Assembly (NCBI GenBank): GCA_965215885.1
Contig: CBDCEW010000084.1
Span: 1-64,000, forward strand
Direction of reading: 5' to 3'
DNA: 64,000 nucleotides
From: Candidatus Moanibacter sp.
GTDB lineage: Bacteria; Verrucomicrobiota; Verrucomicrobiia; Opitutales; UBA2987
Shown: piece by piece, positions 29,624-40,316 of the stretch
Layout of the letters: the number at the start of each line of letters is the position of its first letter
How positions within the stretch are numbered: position 1 is the stretch's first letter
The notes under the pieces: generated by a model
Seen by the model: the letters and a program-made list of their open reading frames with translations, nothing else
Told to the model about the DNA's origin: nothing
The model's database searches: none
Made by a program: the position numbers and the translations under genes

Positions 29624-30029
29624 GAGCAATAATTAGGGACAGGCAATTTATAAAAAAGATGCAACAATTGTGATTTCTATGAGAAAATACAGGTTAACAA
29701 TGTAGTTAGTCGTAGTGCTGTATACCATTCGGCCCCGGCTCGGTATACCGGACCTTGGCCGCGGTTCGTCTGTCTTCGTCCCTAAGCGTCGCCAAATGGG
29801 ATACAAGCAGACGGTAAACGGAGCAATAATTAGGGACAGGCAATCTATAAAATCTATAATAAAGATAGTGCAGCAATTGTGATTTCTATGAGAAAATACA
29901 GGTTAACAATGTAGTTAGTCGTAGTGCTGTATACCATTCGGCCCCGGCTCGGCATACCTCCCATTCACCGTGACTCGTCTGTCTTCGTCCCTAAGCGTCG
30001 CGAATTGGGATACAAGCAGACGGTAAACG
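29624..30029. repeat. Tandem direct duplication of a ~200-bp non-coding unit (29624..29820, 29821..30029)
   Basis: Long identical blocks interrupted by short divergent windows. Confidence 0.9.
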
Positions 30030-30047
30030 GTGAGAAGCAATCGTTAA

Positions 30048-30827
30048 CTATTCCGATCCTCCATCCCGCTCAATGGACAAGAGATCAGCCCTGAATTTTC
30101 CCCAATTCACTTTGCCCACCATCCGCACCGGAATTCTGTACTTGTCATTCGATACCCAGACTTTGAGGAATGCTCTACCTTTCTTCCGGAATACTTCACT
30201 CACCCTTGAGAGATTCGGCCGCACCAAAAGCGTTTCGAATTTACCCGCTTTCAAGTCGAGAACAGGACCCGCCACGACTTCCAGATCCGCGTAACCATGG
30301 CTTTTCCCATCCGTTAAAAGGAGCGAGAAACTTCTCCCGGCTGCCAGCCCAAGGGTACGCGCGGCAAAGATTCCGGAAAGCGGGTCGAGTGCCTTTCCGG
30401 GCAGGGCAATGGTGGTGCGCTTTTTCCCATCGATACTATAGAGTGCATGATTTTTCTCCCAATCAAATGTGACTTCCGCGTCTCGTGTGCGCTTCCTGTG
30501 CACCTGCCTTTTTCGAAAGAGCATCGAGTAGCTGAGAGACAAATCCGCAAAACTGGTAAATCGGTCACGAACTCTGAAGAATGCATCGGCAAAACTATTG
30601 GTGCTCACGGAGAAGATGAACTGGTAAGCGGGCTTTCCGCCGAGTTCGACAATATCTCCCACTTCCAACACCGCGGTGCCGACATTAAACACCCCCCAGC
30701 TGAGTCTATAGGTCAGCTTTTCGCCGGGAAAAATCGGAGGTTCACTCTCTCTTTCGACGCCAAACGCGACTTCACAAAAGAAGAGAGAAAGGGTCAGCCA
30801 GCCAGCTGCATTCCAGGAGAGCCTCAT
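30048..30827 (-). CDS. DUF3108-domain exported protein
   Basis: [20 protein letters not shown]....R, VWVSND..RIPV. Confidence 0.8.
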   Translation of the reverse strand: MRLSWNAAGWLTLSLFFCEVAFGVERESEPPIFPGEKLTYRLSWGVFNVGTAVLEVGDIVELGGKPAYQFIFSVSTNSFADAFFRVRDRFTSFADLSLSYSMLFRKRQVHRKRTRDAEVTFDWEKNHALYSIDGKKRTTIALPGKALDPLSGIFAARTLGLAAGRSFSLLLTDGKSHGYADLEVVAGPVLDLKAGKFETLLVRPNLSRVSEVFRKKGRAFLKVWVSNDKYRIPVRMVGKVNWGKFRADLLSIERDGGSE

Positions 30828-33286
30828 TCATTCACGGCGAGCGGCTTCAACTTCCAAATCTCATCAGCATATTCTCGAATCGTGCGATCAGATGAGAATT
30901 TTCCCACGCGTGCGGTGTTGAGAATGGCCATGCGTGCCCATCGCTCACGGTCACGATAGGCGCGATCGACTCCGAGTTGAGTTTCGCAATAAGACTCGTA
31001 ATCGGCCAGGACCAGATAGGGGTCCCCTCCATCGAGGAGGTTGAAACGTATCGATTCGAAAGCCGACGGCTCCTCGGGCGCGAAATAGTCCGAGCCGATC
31101 CAATCCACGACCGAATGCAATTCCTCATGCCCATAATAGAGCTCTGAAGGAGAGTACCCCTGCTGCCGCTGCGCTTCAACTTCCCCAGCGGTCTTTCCGA
31201 AGATGAAAATATTCTCATCGCCGACTTCTTCCCTGATTTCGACATTGGCACCATCGAGCGTGCCAATGGTTACGGCACCGTTCAAGGCGAGTTTCATATT
31301 ACCGGTCCCGGATGCCTCCTTTCCCGCTGTCGAAATCTGTTCAGAAACGTCCGCTGCCGGGATAATGCGTTCGGCAAGGGTCACTCCATAGTTAGGCAAA
31401 AAGGCGACTTTTATCTTACCGTTGATTCGCGAATCCTGGTTAACCTTAGCAGCTACAGCGTTGATCGCATGAATGATCGATTTCGCCATCTCATAACCCG
31501 GCGCCGACTTTGCCGCGAAGATAAAGACACGGGGATGAATGTCATAGTCCCGATCGTGAAGCAGTCGCCGATAGAGGGTGAGAATATGCAACAGATTCAA
31601 ATGCTGCCGCTTATACTCATGAAGCCGCTTTATCTGCACGTCGAATATGGCCGTGGGATCAACCTCCACACCGCAGAGCTCCCTAATCAATATCGCGAGG
31701 GCTCGCTTGTTCTCCAACTTCACGTTCAGAAATCGATCCTGAAATTCAGAATCTTCGCAGAATTCCTCCAATTGCCTCAGCCGATTCAAATCAGCCGGCC
31801 AGTCCATCCCAATCTTATCATCGATAAGCGCAGAGAGTCTGGGATTGCACAATTTGAGCCACCGCCGTGGGGTGATGCCGTTCGTCTTGTTATTGAAACG
31901 CCCGGGATAGAGTTCGTGAAAACTCGGGAAAAGGCGTGATTTGAGCAGCTCAGTGTGCAAAGCGGCTACCCCGTTTACGGAATGACTGCCAACTACGGCC
32001 AGATTGGCCATTCGAATCTTTTTCGGATCGCCCTCTTCGAATATGGAGAGTTTGGCCCTCCGATCTGTGTCGCCAGGCCATTTTTTCTCTACTTCCTCAT
32101 CAAGAAATCGCCGATTTATTTCATCAATAATCTGCAAGTGTCGGGGCAACACTCTGCCAAAAAGGTGCACACTCCAGGTTTCGAGAGCTTCCGGTAGAGT
32201 CGTGTGATTTGTGTAGGCAAAGACCTCTCGGCAGATTTTCCAGGCACGCTCCCATTCCAGCCCTTCTTCATCGTAGAGGATGCGCATCAATTCGACTATG
32301 GCGATAGAGGGGTGGGTATCGTTCAACTGAACGGTCACCTTTTCGGGAAGTGTTTCCCATGATCCGTTGTTTTTTCTAAACCTCCGCAGTATGTCTCGCA
32401 GGGAACAGGAGACAAAGAAGTACTGCTGCACCAACCTGAGCTCCTTTCCGCTCTCCCTATTGTCGTTAGGATAGAGCACCTTGGAGATCGTTTCGCCCAA
32501 GGCCTTTTCACGCACCGCCTCCACGTAACCCCCTTCGTTGAAGACTTGCAGGTCGAATTCCTCAGAGGCTTTAGATTCCCATAGGCGCAAAAAGTTCACC
32601 GTGTTGGCGCCGTATCCAACGATCGGTAGATCCCACGGTACACCGACAAACTTCCGTGTGTTGACCCAGGCGGGTTGGCATTCGCCCCTGTCATCAAACC
32701 GGTCGACCACCTTTCCGTACATCTGCACTTCGAGGGCGTACTGGGGCCGCACTACCTCCCACGGATTATCGTACTGCAGCCAATTATCCGGATGTTCAAC
32801 CTGCTTCCCATTTACGAATTCCTGCCGGAAGAGCCCGAATTCGTAACGAATGCCGTAGCCAACCGCCGGGTAATTCAATGTCGCCAGAGAGTCGAGAAAA
32901 CAGGCCGCGAGGCGACCGAGTCCACCATTACCGAGCCCCATGTCTACTTCTTCGTCCGCCAGATCGCCGATACTGTGACCCAGATCCGAGAGCGCCTTCC
33001 GTGCGACATCGTATAGTCCGGAATTATGCAGGTTACTCTCAAGCAAGCGGCCCATCATATATTCAAGTGAGAAATAATAGAGCCGGCGGGTGTTCTTGCG
33101 GTTGTGCGCGCCCTGAGTCGCAATAAATCGCTCCAGCATTCGATCTCTCACCGCCATACAGGTCGATATCCACCAATCCCTCTGCCGGGCGGTATGCGTA
33201 TCCCTTGCAAAGGTGAATTTCAGGTGGTTCAGAATCGAAGTCTTGAGCCCATCTCCATCATTCCCAATATTAAAACGGTAGGCCAT
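30824..33286 (-). CDS. glgP: Glycogen/starch/alpha-glucan phosphorylase
   Basis: [42 protein letters not shown]. Confidence 0.98.
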   Translation of the reverse strand: MAYRFNIGNDGDGLKTSILNHLKFTFARDTHTARQRDWWISTCMAVRDRMLERFIATQGAHNRKNTRRLYYFSLEYMMGRLLESNLHNSGLYDVARKALSDLGHSIGDLADEEVDMGLGNGGLGRLAACFLDSLATLNYPAVGYGIRYEFGLFRQEFVNGKQVEHPDNWLQYDNPWEVVRPQYALEVQMYGKVVDRFDDRGECQPAWVNTRKFVGVPWDLPIVGYGANTVNFLRLWESKASEEFDLQVFNEGGYVEAVREKALGETISKVLYPNDNRESGKELRLVQQYFFVSCSLRDILRRFRKNNGSWETLPEKVTVQLNDTHPSIAIVELMRILYDEEGLEWERAWKICREVFAYTNHTTLPEALETWSVHLFGRVLPRHLQIIDEINRRFLDEEVEKKWPGDTDRRAKLSIFEEGDPKKIRMANLAVVGSHSVNGVAALHTELLKSRLFPSFHELYPGRFNNKTNGITPRRWLKLCNPRLSALIDDKIGMDWPADLNRLRQLEEFCEDSEFQDRFLNVKLENKRALAILIRELCGVEVDPTAIFDVQIKRLHEYKRQHLNLLHILTLYRRLLHDRDYDIHPRVFIFAAKSAPGYEMAKSIIHAINAVAAKVNQDSRINGKIKVAFLPNYGVTLAERIIPAADVSEQISTAGKEASGTGNMKLALNGAVTIGTLDGANVEIREEVGDENIFIFGKTAGEVEAQRQQGYSPSELYYGHEELHSVVDWIGSDYFAPEEPSAFESIRFNLLDGGDPYLVLADYESYCETQLGVDRAYRDRERWARMAILNTARVGKFSSDRTIREYADEIWKLKPLAVNE

Positions 33287-33292
33287 CGGTAT

Positions 33293-35215
33293 TCACTTGC
33301 CGAACCGTTTCTCAAGGTCGGTCCGTGATATTTCGAACAATGTGGGGTATCCATGCGGATCAGTTAAAGGATTATCGCATTTCAGGAGATCCCTCGCCAG
33401 CGCCCTCATTTCTTCTTTCGTGGGTGCAGGTGAGACCCGTGCCGCAAGAGAAGCGGCCCTTCGCGCAATCTCCTCATAAGCGATATCGGATCGATCGGGG
33501 TGAAGTCCGCGCTCGCGAATAAGGCCGATTAGGTCGCGTAAAAAGTCCTCTCCCTGAGCGGGGTCGAGCCAATCCGGTAGCGCTTCCACTCGAAAGAAAT
33601 TTCGCCCGAACGGTTCGATGTCGAAACCTTTGCTTTCGAGAAATTGCGCATGCTCGACCAGTGTTGCGGCAAGCCGGGGATCCAGTTCCAGGGGAATAGG
33701 AAACAACAGCTTCTGCCGATTACTCTGCACACCTTTGAGACGTTCCAGGATGTTCTCAAAGAAGATGCGTTCCAATGCCCCACGCCTGTGCAGGAGAAGA
33801 ATTCCAGCCCCCGTCTCAAATATCGCATAGGCCTCGTGGGCAACTCCAAGATAACGCCAATCCGGCCCACCGGCAAGAGAAGGCGGCCGTAATGCACTCC
33901 GAGCCCGCCCCGTTACTTCCCCGGATAAGGGCGCTCGGGGCTCTTCCCTCCGAGGTGGATATGCCACAATCTCTTCGCCTTTGCGACTTTCCGTTTGCGC
34001 CGCTGAAGGAGGTTTATGGATCAATCCTTTGGTCAAGGGAGAAAACACGGGAACAGGAGGGGATGACGGATTCGTTTCCGCAAAAGTCGGGCTCCCCGAG
34101 GCTTCGCGAAGCCGTTCAAGCACACTGCTGATTATGAAATGCCGGACTTTGCCTTCCTCGCGGAATCGAATCTCCCTCTTGGCGGGATGCACATTAACGT
34201 CCAAACCCCCTGGATCTGACCGTAAGAACAGAAAACAGAGAGGATAGCGTCCTTTGGGGACGTATGTATGATAAGCTTCTATTAGGGCAAAATTGATCGT
34301 CTTACTATCGACTGGTCTCACATTTACATAGGTGACCATTTCCTGGCGAGTGGACCGCCCTACACCCGGTTTCCCTATCAGTCCCCTGAGACTGAAGTCC
34401 CCCTCTTCAGCATTAATTTCAATCAGGTCTCTTGTCACCTGTTGCCCAAATATCTCCGAAATCCGGTCTCTTAACCGAGTGCACACGGGAGACATGAAAA
34501 CGGTGCGTCCATTTTCCAGTAGCGTGAAGGAGGTCGAGGGGTTGGCGACCGCGTAGAGGCGAGCCAGGTGAATGATGTGAGCAGCTTCCGTGTTATCGGT
34601 CTTTAGGAACTTTCGCCGCACCGGCACCGAATTAAACAGATGTGCCACTTCTATGCTTGTACCGGTCGGCATACCGCACTCTTTGCTGTGTATATACTTG
34701 CCACCGTTTACCAGGACCTCGGTCCCATGGTCGAACCCCTCGCTACGCGAACGCAGGGTGAATCGGGATACACTGGCCACCGAGGACAATGCTTCTCCCC
34801 GGAAACCAAATGTAGAGATCGCGGCAAGATCGCTTGCTTCTCTAATCTTGCTCGTCGCGTGGCGCTCCAGTGCCATCAGTCCGTCGTCGGGACTCATGCC
34901 ACAGCCGTTGTCATCTACCCTCATGTAACTCTTCCCACCATTTCGAAATTCGATTTCGATGCGCGTGGCTCCCGCATCGAGACTATTTTCGACCAGTTCC
35001 TTGATTACCGCCACGGGACGTTCGATAACTTCGCCGGCCGCTATCTGGTTAGCGACTCGATCCGGTAAGATGCGAATCGTCGAAAGGCTGTCTGCAGCGA
35101 CTCGGGAGCCCGTCGCCTCTTGTTCTTCGAATCCTCTTGGCGAAGGTTTGACGTTGAAGGCAGCCGACCCTCGTTTTCGCGGAGCTTTTTCAGAAGTATT
35201 AGATTTTACCGGCAT
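33293..35215 (-). CDS. mutL: DNA mismatch repair endonuclease MutL
   Basis: NQIAAGEVIERP, KELVENSLDA, GFRGEAL, DVNVHPAK, C-terminal PHG.PT. Confidence 0.97.
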   Translation of the reverse strand: MPVKSNTSEKAPRKRGSAAFNVKPSPRGFEEQEATGSRVAADSLSTIRILPDRVANQIAAGEVIERPVAVIKELVENSLDAGATRIEIEFRNGGKSYMRVDDNGCGMSPDDGLMALERHATSKIREASDLAAISTFGFRGEALSSVASVSRFTLRSRSEGFDHGTEVLVNGGKYIHSKECGMPTGTSIEVAHLFNSVPVRRKFLKTDNTEAAHIIHLARLYAVANPSTSFTLLENGRTVFMSPVCTRLRDRISEIFGQQVTRDLIEINAEEGDFSLRGLIGKPGVGRSTRQEMVTYVNVRPVDSKTINFALIEAYHTYVPKGRYPLCFLFLRSDPGGLDVNVHPAKREIRFREEGKVRHFIISSVLERLREASGSPTFAETNPSSPPVPVFSPLTKGLIHKPPSAAQTESRKGEEIVAYPPRREEPRAPLSGEVTGRARSALRPPSLAGGPDWRYLGVAHEAYAIFETGAGILLLHRRGALERIFFENILERLKGVQSNRQKLLFPIPLELDPRLAATLVEHAQFLESKGFDIEPFGRNFFRVEALPDWLDPAQGEDFLRDLIGLIRERGLHPDRSDIAYEEIARRAASLAARVSPAPTKEEMRALARDLLKCDNPLTDPHGYPTLFEISRTDLEKRFGK

Positions 35216-35376
35216 CGATTCGTTTTAAGTAGAATACTTTTCGATCTATCTGTCATGAAAATTCGATAATTCCCCGTCGTGCGGTAGCACTGCTCTTGCA
35301 TTATGGATCTGTCTGAACAGAATATACTCCGAATCCGTGCATCCGCATTCTTAATTCCCGAAATTTCTCATTTCCG

Positions 35377-37380
35377 ATGGCGAACCGACTGGCCCAAGAG
35401 AAGAGTCTTTATCTGCGACAGCACGCAGAGAATCCTGTCGATTGGAACCCGTGGGGAGAAGAAGCTCTGCAAAAAGCCGCCGCGGAGGATAAGCCCATAC
35501 TCGTTTCTATCGGATACAGCTCCTGCCATTGGTGCCATGTCATGGCGCACGAGTCTTTCGAGAGCGAATACACGGCAAAACTCATGAATGAGCATTTTGT
35601 CTGTATAAAAGTCGACCGTGAAGAGCGGCCTGATATCGACCAGATCTATATGGAAGCCGTTCAGATGCTCAATGGCAACGGGGGTTGGCCCTTGAACGTA
35701 TTCTGCTTGCCTGATGGTAGGCCTTTTGCCGGGGGGACCTATTTCCCGCCCGAAGATCGTGGGCAGGGTTTGATTCCTTGGCCACAATTGATCGTTCGAA
35801 TTTCCGATCATTATAAACAAAACAAGGACGACTTATTGGAGAATGCCGATGCCATTATAAAGAATCTCGCTGCGGGAAACGTACTCGCGCAAGACCCCGC
35901 TAAGAAGCTGGAGAACGAACAGCTGCTCGAAGCCGCCCATCGCCTCTGTCAACAGCACGATGACGAATTCGGCGGTTTCGGAAACGCCCCGAAGTTTCCC
36001 CCTTCGATGACCTTGAGTTTCCTCCTGGAAGTGAGAAACAGCGCTGCCGTCGATGAGCGAAATCCTGATTTTGCAGGCCGCATCGATGGAGTCGTCAACA
36101 CCACCCTCATGGGAATGGCCCACGGTGGGATGTTCGACCAGATTGGGGGTGGATTCGCCCGCTACAGCGTCGATAAATACTGGCTCATCCCACACTTCGA
36201 GAAAATGCTATACGATAACGCCCAACTTATCGAGATCTATACCAAGGGTTGGCTTCGCTACCGGAACCCGCTTTATCGGTTGGTCGTTATTGAGACTATC
36301 GATTGGCTGGTGCGTGATATGCTCGCTCCCAATGACGGCTACTATTCTTCTCTCGATGCCGACAGCGAAGGGGTGGAAGGTAAGTTCTATGTTTGGCGAA
36401 TTGGGGAAGTTAAGGAGATTCTCGGAGGCGAAAACGCTGACGAATTTTGTAACGCCTACTCTATTACGGAAAAGGGAAATTTTGAAAATGGCACATCGAA
36501 TCCAGCTCTCTCGCTCACCGATATCAATCAGAGGGAGGCCCTGAAACCCCAGCGGGAAAAGATGCTGGCCGCTCGCAACGAACGGATCCCTCCCAGCAAG
36601 GATTCCAAGCAACTCACTTCCTGGAATAGTCTACTTATAAAAGGATTGGCCGAGGCCGGCTTCTACCTTGGGAAAAGGAGTTGGCTGGAGGCGGCTCGGA
36701 GTGCGGCGGATTGGATATGGCAGGAACTTCGGTGCGGCGAGAACCGCCTCCAGGCCGTCTTCTACGGTGATGAAGCGCGATTCAACGGATACCTGAGCGA
36801 CTACGCGTATTACGCCGAGGCCCTCCTCTCTCTCGCCGCCAAGATCGACTGGATCGAACCTCTTGCCAGCGCTCGCTATATCGATCGAGCCCGGACCATC
36901 GTAGACGCTGTTATCGAACATTTCGAGGATGTCGATTCTCCGGGGTTTTATTTCGTCAGTGACGATCACGAATGTCTCGTCGCTCGAAAGAAGGAGTGGT
37001 TCGACAATGCTATCCCCGCAGGAAACTCCAGCCTCATCCACTGTTTCGGGTGCCTCTACGCTCTCACTGCTGATGAGAAGTATCGCCGCCCTTTCGACGA
37101 ACTGCGGCAGGCTTATCCGGTCCTGGCCGAACGCGCGCCATCCGCTATTTCTCACGCTCTCGCCGGATTTGCAAGCGACGCCATAGGCACAGTTGTCATC
37201 AAAATCAAGGGAGTGGATGATCTCGATCCCCTACAACGGGCGTTGAGTGAAAAACCGTGGAGGAGGGTTTATTTGCTCGTGATCGAAGATCCGGTTCAAC
37301 CTCCCGGTTACCAACTCTGTGTCGGCACCCAATGCCTCGAACCCACCGAGGACTCGGACGAACTTATAAGCAGAATATAG
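35377..37380 (+). CDS. Thioredoxin-domain protein, YyaL/SPATA20 (DUF255) family
   Basis: [40 protein letters not shown]. Confidence 0.93.
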   Translation: MANRLAQEKSLYLRQHAENPVDWNPWGEEALQKAAAEDKPILVSIGYSSCHWCHVMAHESFESEYTAKLMNEHFVCIKVDREERPDIDQIYMEAVQMLNGNGGWPLNVFCLPDGRPFAGGTYFPPEDRGQGLIPWPQLIVRISDHYKQNKDDLLENADAIIKNLAAGNVLAQDPAKKLENEQLLEAAHRLCQQHDDEFGGFGNAPKFPPSMTLSFLLEVRNSAAVDERNPDFAGRIDGVVNTTLMGMAHGGMFDQIGGGFARYSVDKYWLIPHFEKMLYDNAQLIEIYTKGWLRYRNPLYRLVVIETIDWLVRDMLAPNDGYYSSLDADSEGVEGKFYVWRIGEVKEILGGENADEFCNAYSITEKGNFENGTSNPALSLTDINQREALKPQREKMLAARNERIPPSKDSKQLTSWNSLLIKGLAEAGFYLGKRSWLEAARSAADWIWQELRCGENRLQAVFYGDEARFNGYLSDYAYYAEALLSLAAKIDWIEPLASARYIDRARTIVDAVIEHFEDVDSPGFYFVSDDHECLVARKKEWFDNAIPAGNSSLIHCFGCLYALTADEKYRRPFDELRQAYPVLAERAPSAISHALAGFASDAIGTVVIKIKGVDDLDPLQRALSEKPWRRVYLLVIEDPVQPPGYQLCVGTQCLEPTEDSDELISRI

Positions 37381-37449
37381 CTTCGGCGGCGCTCCGGTGC
37401 CAGGATTTCTTCCCCTGCCCGTTCATCCCCCCCCATTGTTCCTGAGATC

Positions 37450-37490
37450 GGGTCTATGTTCGTATTTCGGCGAAATACGAACATAGACCC
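37450..37490. repeat. Perfect palindrome with 20-bp arms and a 1-nt centre
   Basis: GGGTCTATGTTCGTATTTCG-G-CGAAATACGAACATAGACCC. Confidence 0.85.
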
Positions 37491-37709
37491 AGTGATCAGT
37501 CTGGAATTGCCAAGATTCATTTTTTTTACCCTACGGAAGCCTATCGAAATTCCGTGGTACCAAAGTCCGGCAGATTCAATGCGAAAAAAGGGTTGATCGA
37601 GGTATATTGGGGCTATAAGAATCTCTCCTCTTTCCCACCTATGGGCATAGGGCATGTTGGGGAAGCTTCACGACAAAAATTGCTCAAAAATTAAAACAAG
37701 GAAAATGAG

Positions 37710-38150
37710 ATGGCTAAGATTATTCCAATGATAAGCTCAGGAACCGCAGGCCCGTTGGGCGTCCGTCACCTTCCCAGACTATGGTTGAAGGTGTCGCTCG
37801 ATATTACCGGTCAACTGCACGACGACTATCCTGCCATCGGTGCCGGATTTGACCAGATGGTCCTCGACGGTATCGGCATCGATAAAGATGCATTCGTCGC
37901 TTACATGAATGAAAATAAACCCTCCTATTGCCAACTGGAAGGCTGGATTCTGGAGCAGAAAGGGGGTTCGCTCGATGCGGCAGCAGTCAGCGAGTTAAAC
38001 GCAGCCATCACAGGCTACATTCATGATGACGGCACCCGCGCCGAGATTCTCGGTGTCGCGGGCCGTAGTGATGATGGTTCGGTAAAGGATGCCGTCAAAC
38101 TCAACAGCCTCGATGATTGGGCCGCGTTTCATAAGGAAAACATAGCCTGA
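37710..38150 (+). CDS. DUF5069-like protein
   Basis: GPLGV.HLPRLW.K, YP...GFD, C-terminal LDDW; good RBS (AAGGAAA). Confidence 0.7.
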   Translation: MAKIIPMISSGTAGPLGVRHLPRLWLKVSLDITGQLHDDYPAIGAGFDQMVLDGIGIDKDAFVAYMNENKPSYCQLEGWILEQKGGSLDAAAVSELNAAITGYIHDDGTRAEILGVAGRSDDGSVKDAVKLNSLDDWAAFHKENIA

Positions 38151-38173
38151 GATTTGGATCTGGAAGTGACTTT

Positions 38174-38209
38174 AACCCGGTTTCCTCCCTTGGGAAACCG
38201 GGTTTTTTT
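38174..38209 (+). terminator. Rho-independent terminator
   Basis: AACCCGGTTTCC-loop-GGAAACCGGGTT followed by a T run. Confidence 0.85.
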
Positions 38210-38418
38210 CGCCGCCGCAGGGTCCATCCGGGGCTGTCCGCTCCAGATTCCTGAATACGCATAAATCCGTGTAAGCCGAAGCGGTGAAACAAGTGGGCTA
38301 ATGATGTTGGAGCACCAAGAGAATACCGAGCTATACTTGCGTATCTAATCACAATTCTATTCCGTTATAAGAGTAAGACCAGACCTGGGAGCCTTATAGT
38401 TCCTGGAATCAAAAAAAT

Positions 38419-38453
38419 GAATCTGTCGGACCCTAAGTCTGACAGGTTCCTAA
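38419..38453. repeat. Internally deleted or degenerate copy of the GAATCTGTCGGA MITE
   Basis: GAATCTGTCGGACCCTAAGTCTGACAGGTTCCTAA, i.e. two fused TIRs. Confidence 0.65.
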
Positions 38454-38462
38454 GGGGATATA

Positions 38463-40313
38463 TTGGCAGTGAGATATCGAGAAATCCACTCGGCTTACAG
38501 TTGGCGGCTTAAGAACGACCCGGAGGCCCTGTGGCCGCTCATATCAGATACTAATCGTTTTAACCAGGATGCGGGTCTTCCGTCCATGATCACCGACGGA
38601 ATGGATCCCGAAGAACCCAACGTGCGGCTCATGCATCAACGATATTGCGGACTAACGATACGCTGGCGAGAGTTTCCCTTCGACTGGATAAGACCCAATC
38701 GCTTCGGAGTAGCGAGGAAATATCTCAATGGTCCTATAGAAAGCCTTCGCATGCTGGCATACTTGGAGCCGATACCGTCCGGCGGCACCCACTTTCAATA
38801 TGATGTGTGGATCCTGCCGAGAAACATTCTCGGATGGCTAATGACAATGCTGTATTCAGGCCTCATCAACCGAAGAAACTTCGAACGCATCTTTCTCCGT
38901 TACGACAATCTGTTAACGGATGAGAGAGGTAAGTTTCCCCTTCCCATCACCTCATCCAAAGCAGTCTCGAGAAGGCAATCCCGTCGCATCCTTGAAATTG
39001 GGAATACATTGGAAGGGATCCAGGGACTGCCCTCCCATCTGGTAAGGCGTTTAACCGACTTGGTTGCCAAGGCCGATGACTTTACCCTGATCCGCATCCG
39101 CCCCTACGCGATAGCAGACGTCTGGAATGCTTCTCGCTCCATCATTCTTGAGCTCTTCCTTCACGCAACTCGTCAGGGACTGCTCAAGTTCAGTTGGGAA
39201 GTCCTCTGCCCCTTGTGCCGCGGGGCAAAAGAAAAAGCAAGCCGCCTCGAAGTGCTGAAAACCGATGTCCATTGTGACTCCTGCAATATCAGCTTTCGAG
39301 CGAATTTTGACCAATCGGTTGAACTGGTCTTTTCTCCCAATCCCGCCGTACGCAATCTCGAATTTCATGAATTCTGTGTCGGAGGCCCTCAGGTTACTCC
39401 ACATATCATTGCGAAGAAAACGGTTGGAAGCGGAGAGTCCTACCTGTGGCAACTCCAAATTGAACCGGGTCGATACCGGCTCCGAGTCGAACAAAAGTTG
39501 GGCGGGTTGCTCATAGGCGCCAGCAGCCAGGGTCAGGCCTCTATCGAGATCGTCCACTCTTCCGATCCGTGGCCTGAAGGGGAAGTTACCCTGCATCCCA
39601 CCTGTGAGATTACTCTCCGTAATTCCACCGAATTTAACGAACTCTTCCTCCTTGAAAGGATGGTTTGGATGGATGACGCCGTGACTGCGGCCGAAGTAAC
39701 GGCCAGGCAGACTTTCCGCGATCTTTTTTCGAGTGACGCGCTGCGCCAGGGAGAACAGATATCGGTGGGCACGCTGACGCTTGCCTTCACCGATCTGAGA
39801 GGTTCAACTCGCCTCTATGAAGATATCGGAGACGCTCCTGCCTTCGGCCTCGTGATGAGCCACTTTGATGTCCTCAAGGCATGCGTTCGAAAATACGAAG
39901 GCGCCCTAATAAAGACGATGGGCGACGCTATTATGGCCGCATTTATCGAACCGGTTAACGCTCTAAAGGCTCTCCTCGAAGCCCAACGGAAACTCGCCCA
40001 AGAATCCGGCCACCGTCGTCCCCTTGCTCTTAAAGTGGGTATCAACACCGGCCCGTGCATAGCCATCACGCAGGACGAACGGCTCGACTACTTTGGGACA
40101 ACGGTTAACCTTACCGCAAGGCTTGAATGCCTGTCACAGGGTGACGACATCGTCGTTTCGGCATCCTTTGCCAAGGACCCGGCGATCGAAAGCTACCTGC
40201 AAGAGAACAAGGAGAAATTTCACATTGAACGCGACTCTTCACGGGTAAAGGGTATAACAGGCGGCCCCGTCGCTTTTCTCCGAATAAAGCAACCTTTACC
40301 GACAGGTTGCTAG
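38463..40313 (+). CDS. Adenylate/guanylate cyclase (class III) with SRPBCC-like and DUF5939-like N-terminal domains
   Basis: FTDLRGST, IKTMGDAIMA, LDYFG.TVN..ARLE; CP.C...C..C motif. Confidence 0.88.
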   Translation: MAVRYREIHSAYSWRLKNDPEALWPLISDTNRFNQDAGLPSMITDGMDPEEPNVRLMHQRYCGLTIRWREFPFDWIRPNRFGVARKYLNGPIESLRMLAYLEPIPSGGTHFQYDVWILPRNILGWLMTMLYSGLINRRNFERIFLRYDNLLTDERGKFPLPITSSKAVSRRQSRRILEIGNTLEGIQGLPSHLVRRLTDLVAKADDFTLIRIRPYAIADVWNASRSIILELFLHATRQGLLKFSWEVLCPLCRGAKEKASRLEVLKTDVHCDSCNISFRANFDQSVELVFSPNPAVRNLEFHEFCVGGPQVTPHIIAKKTVGSGESYLWQLQIEPGRYRLRVEQKLGGLLIGASSQGQASIEIVHSSDPWPEGEVTLHPTCEITLRNSTEFNELFLLERMVWMDDAVTAAEVTARQTFRDLFSSDALRQGEQISVGTLTLAFTDLRGSTRLYEDIGDAPAFGLVMSHFDVLKACVRKYEGALIKTMGDAIMAAFIEPVNALKALLEAQRKLAQESGHRRPLALKVGINTGPCIAITQDERLDYFGTTVNLTARLECLSQGDDIVVSASFAKDPAIESYLQENKEKFHIERDSSRVKGITGGPVAFLRIKQPLPTGC

Positions 40314-40316
40314 TCC

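Noticed and set aside
29624..30029. CRISPR array or integron cassette array
   Set aside because: Only two ~200-bp units, no 25-45-bp repeat/spacer periodicity, and no cas or integron integrase gene in the window.
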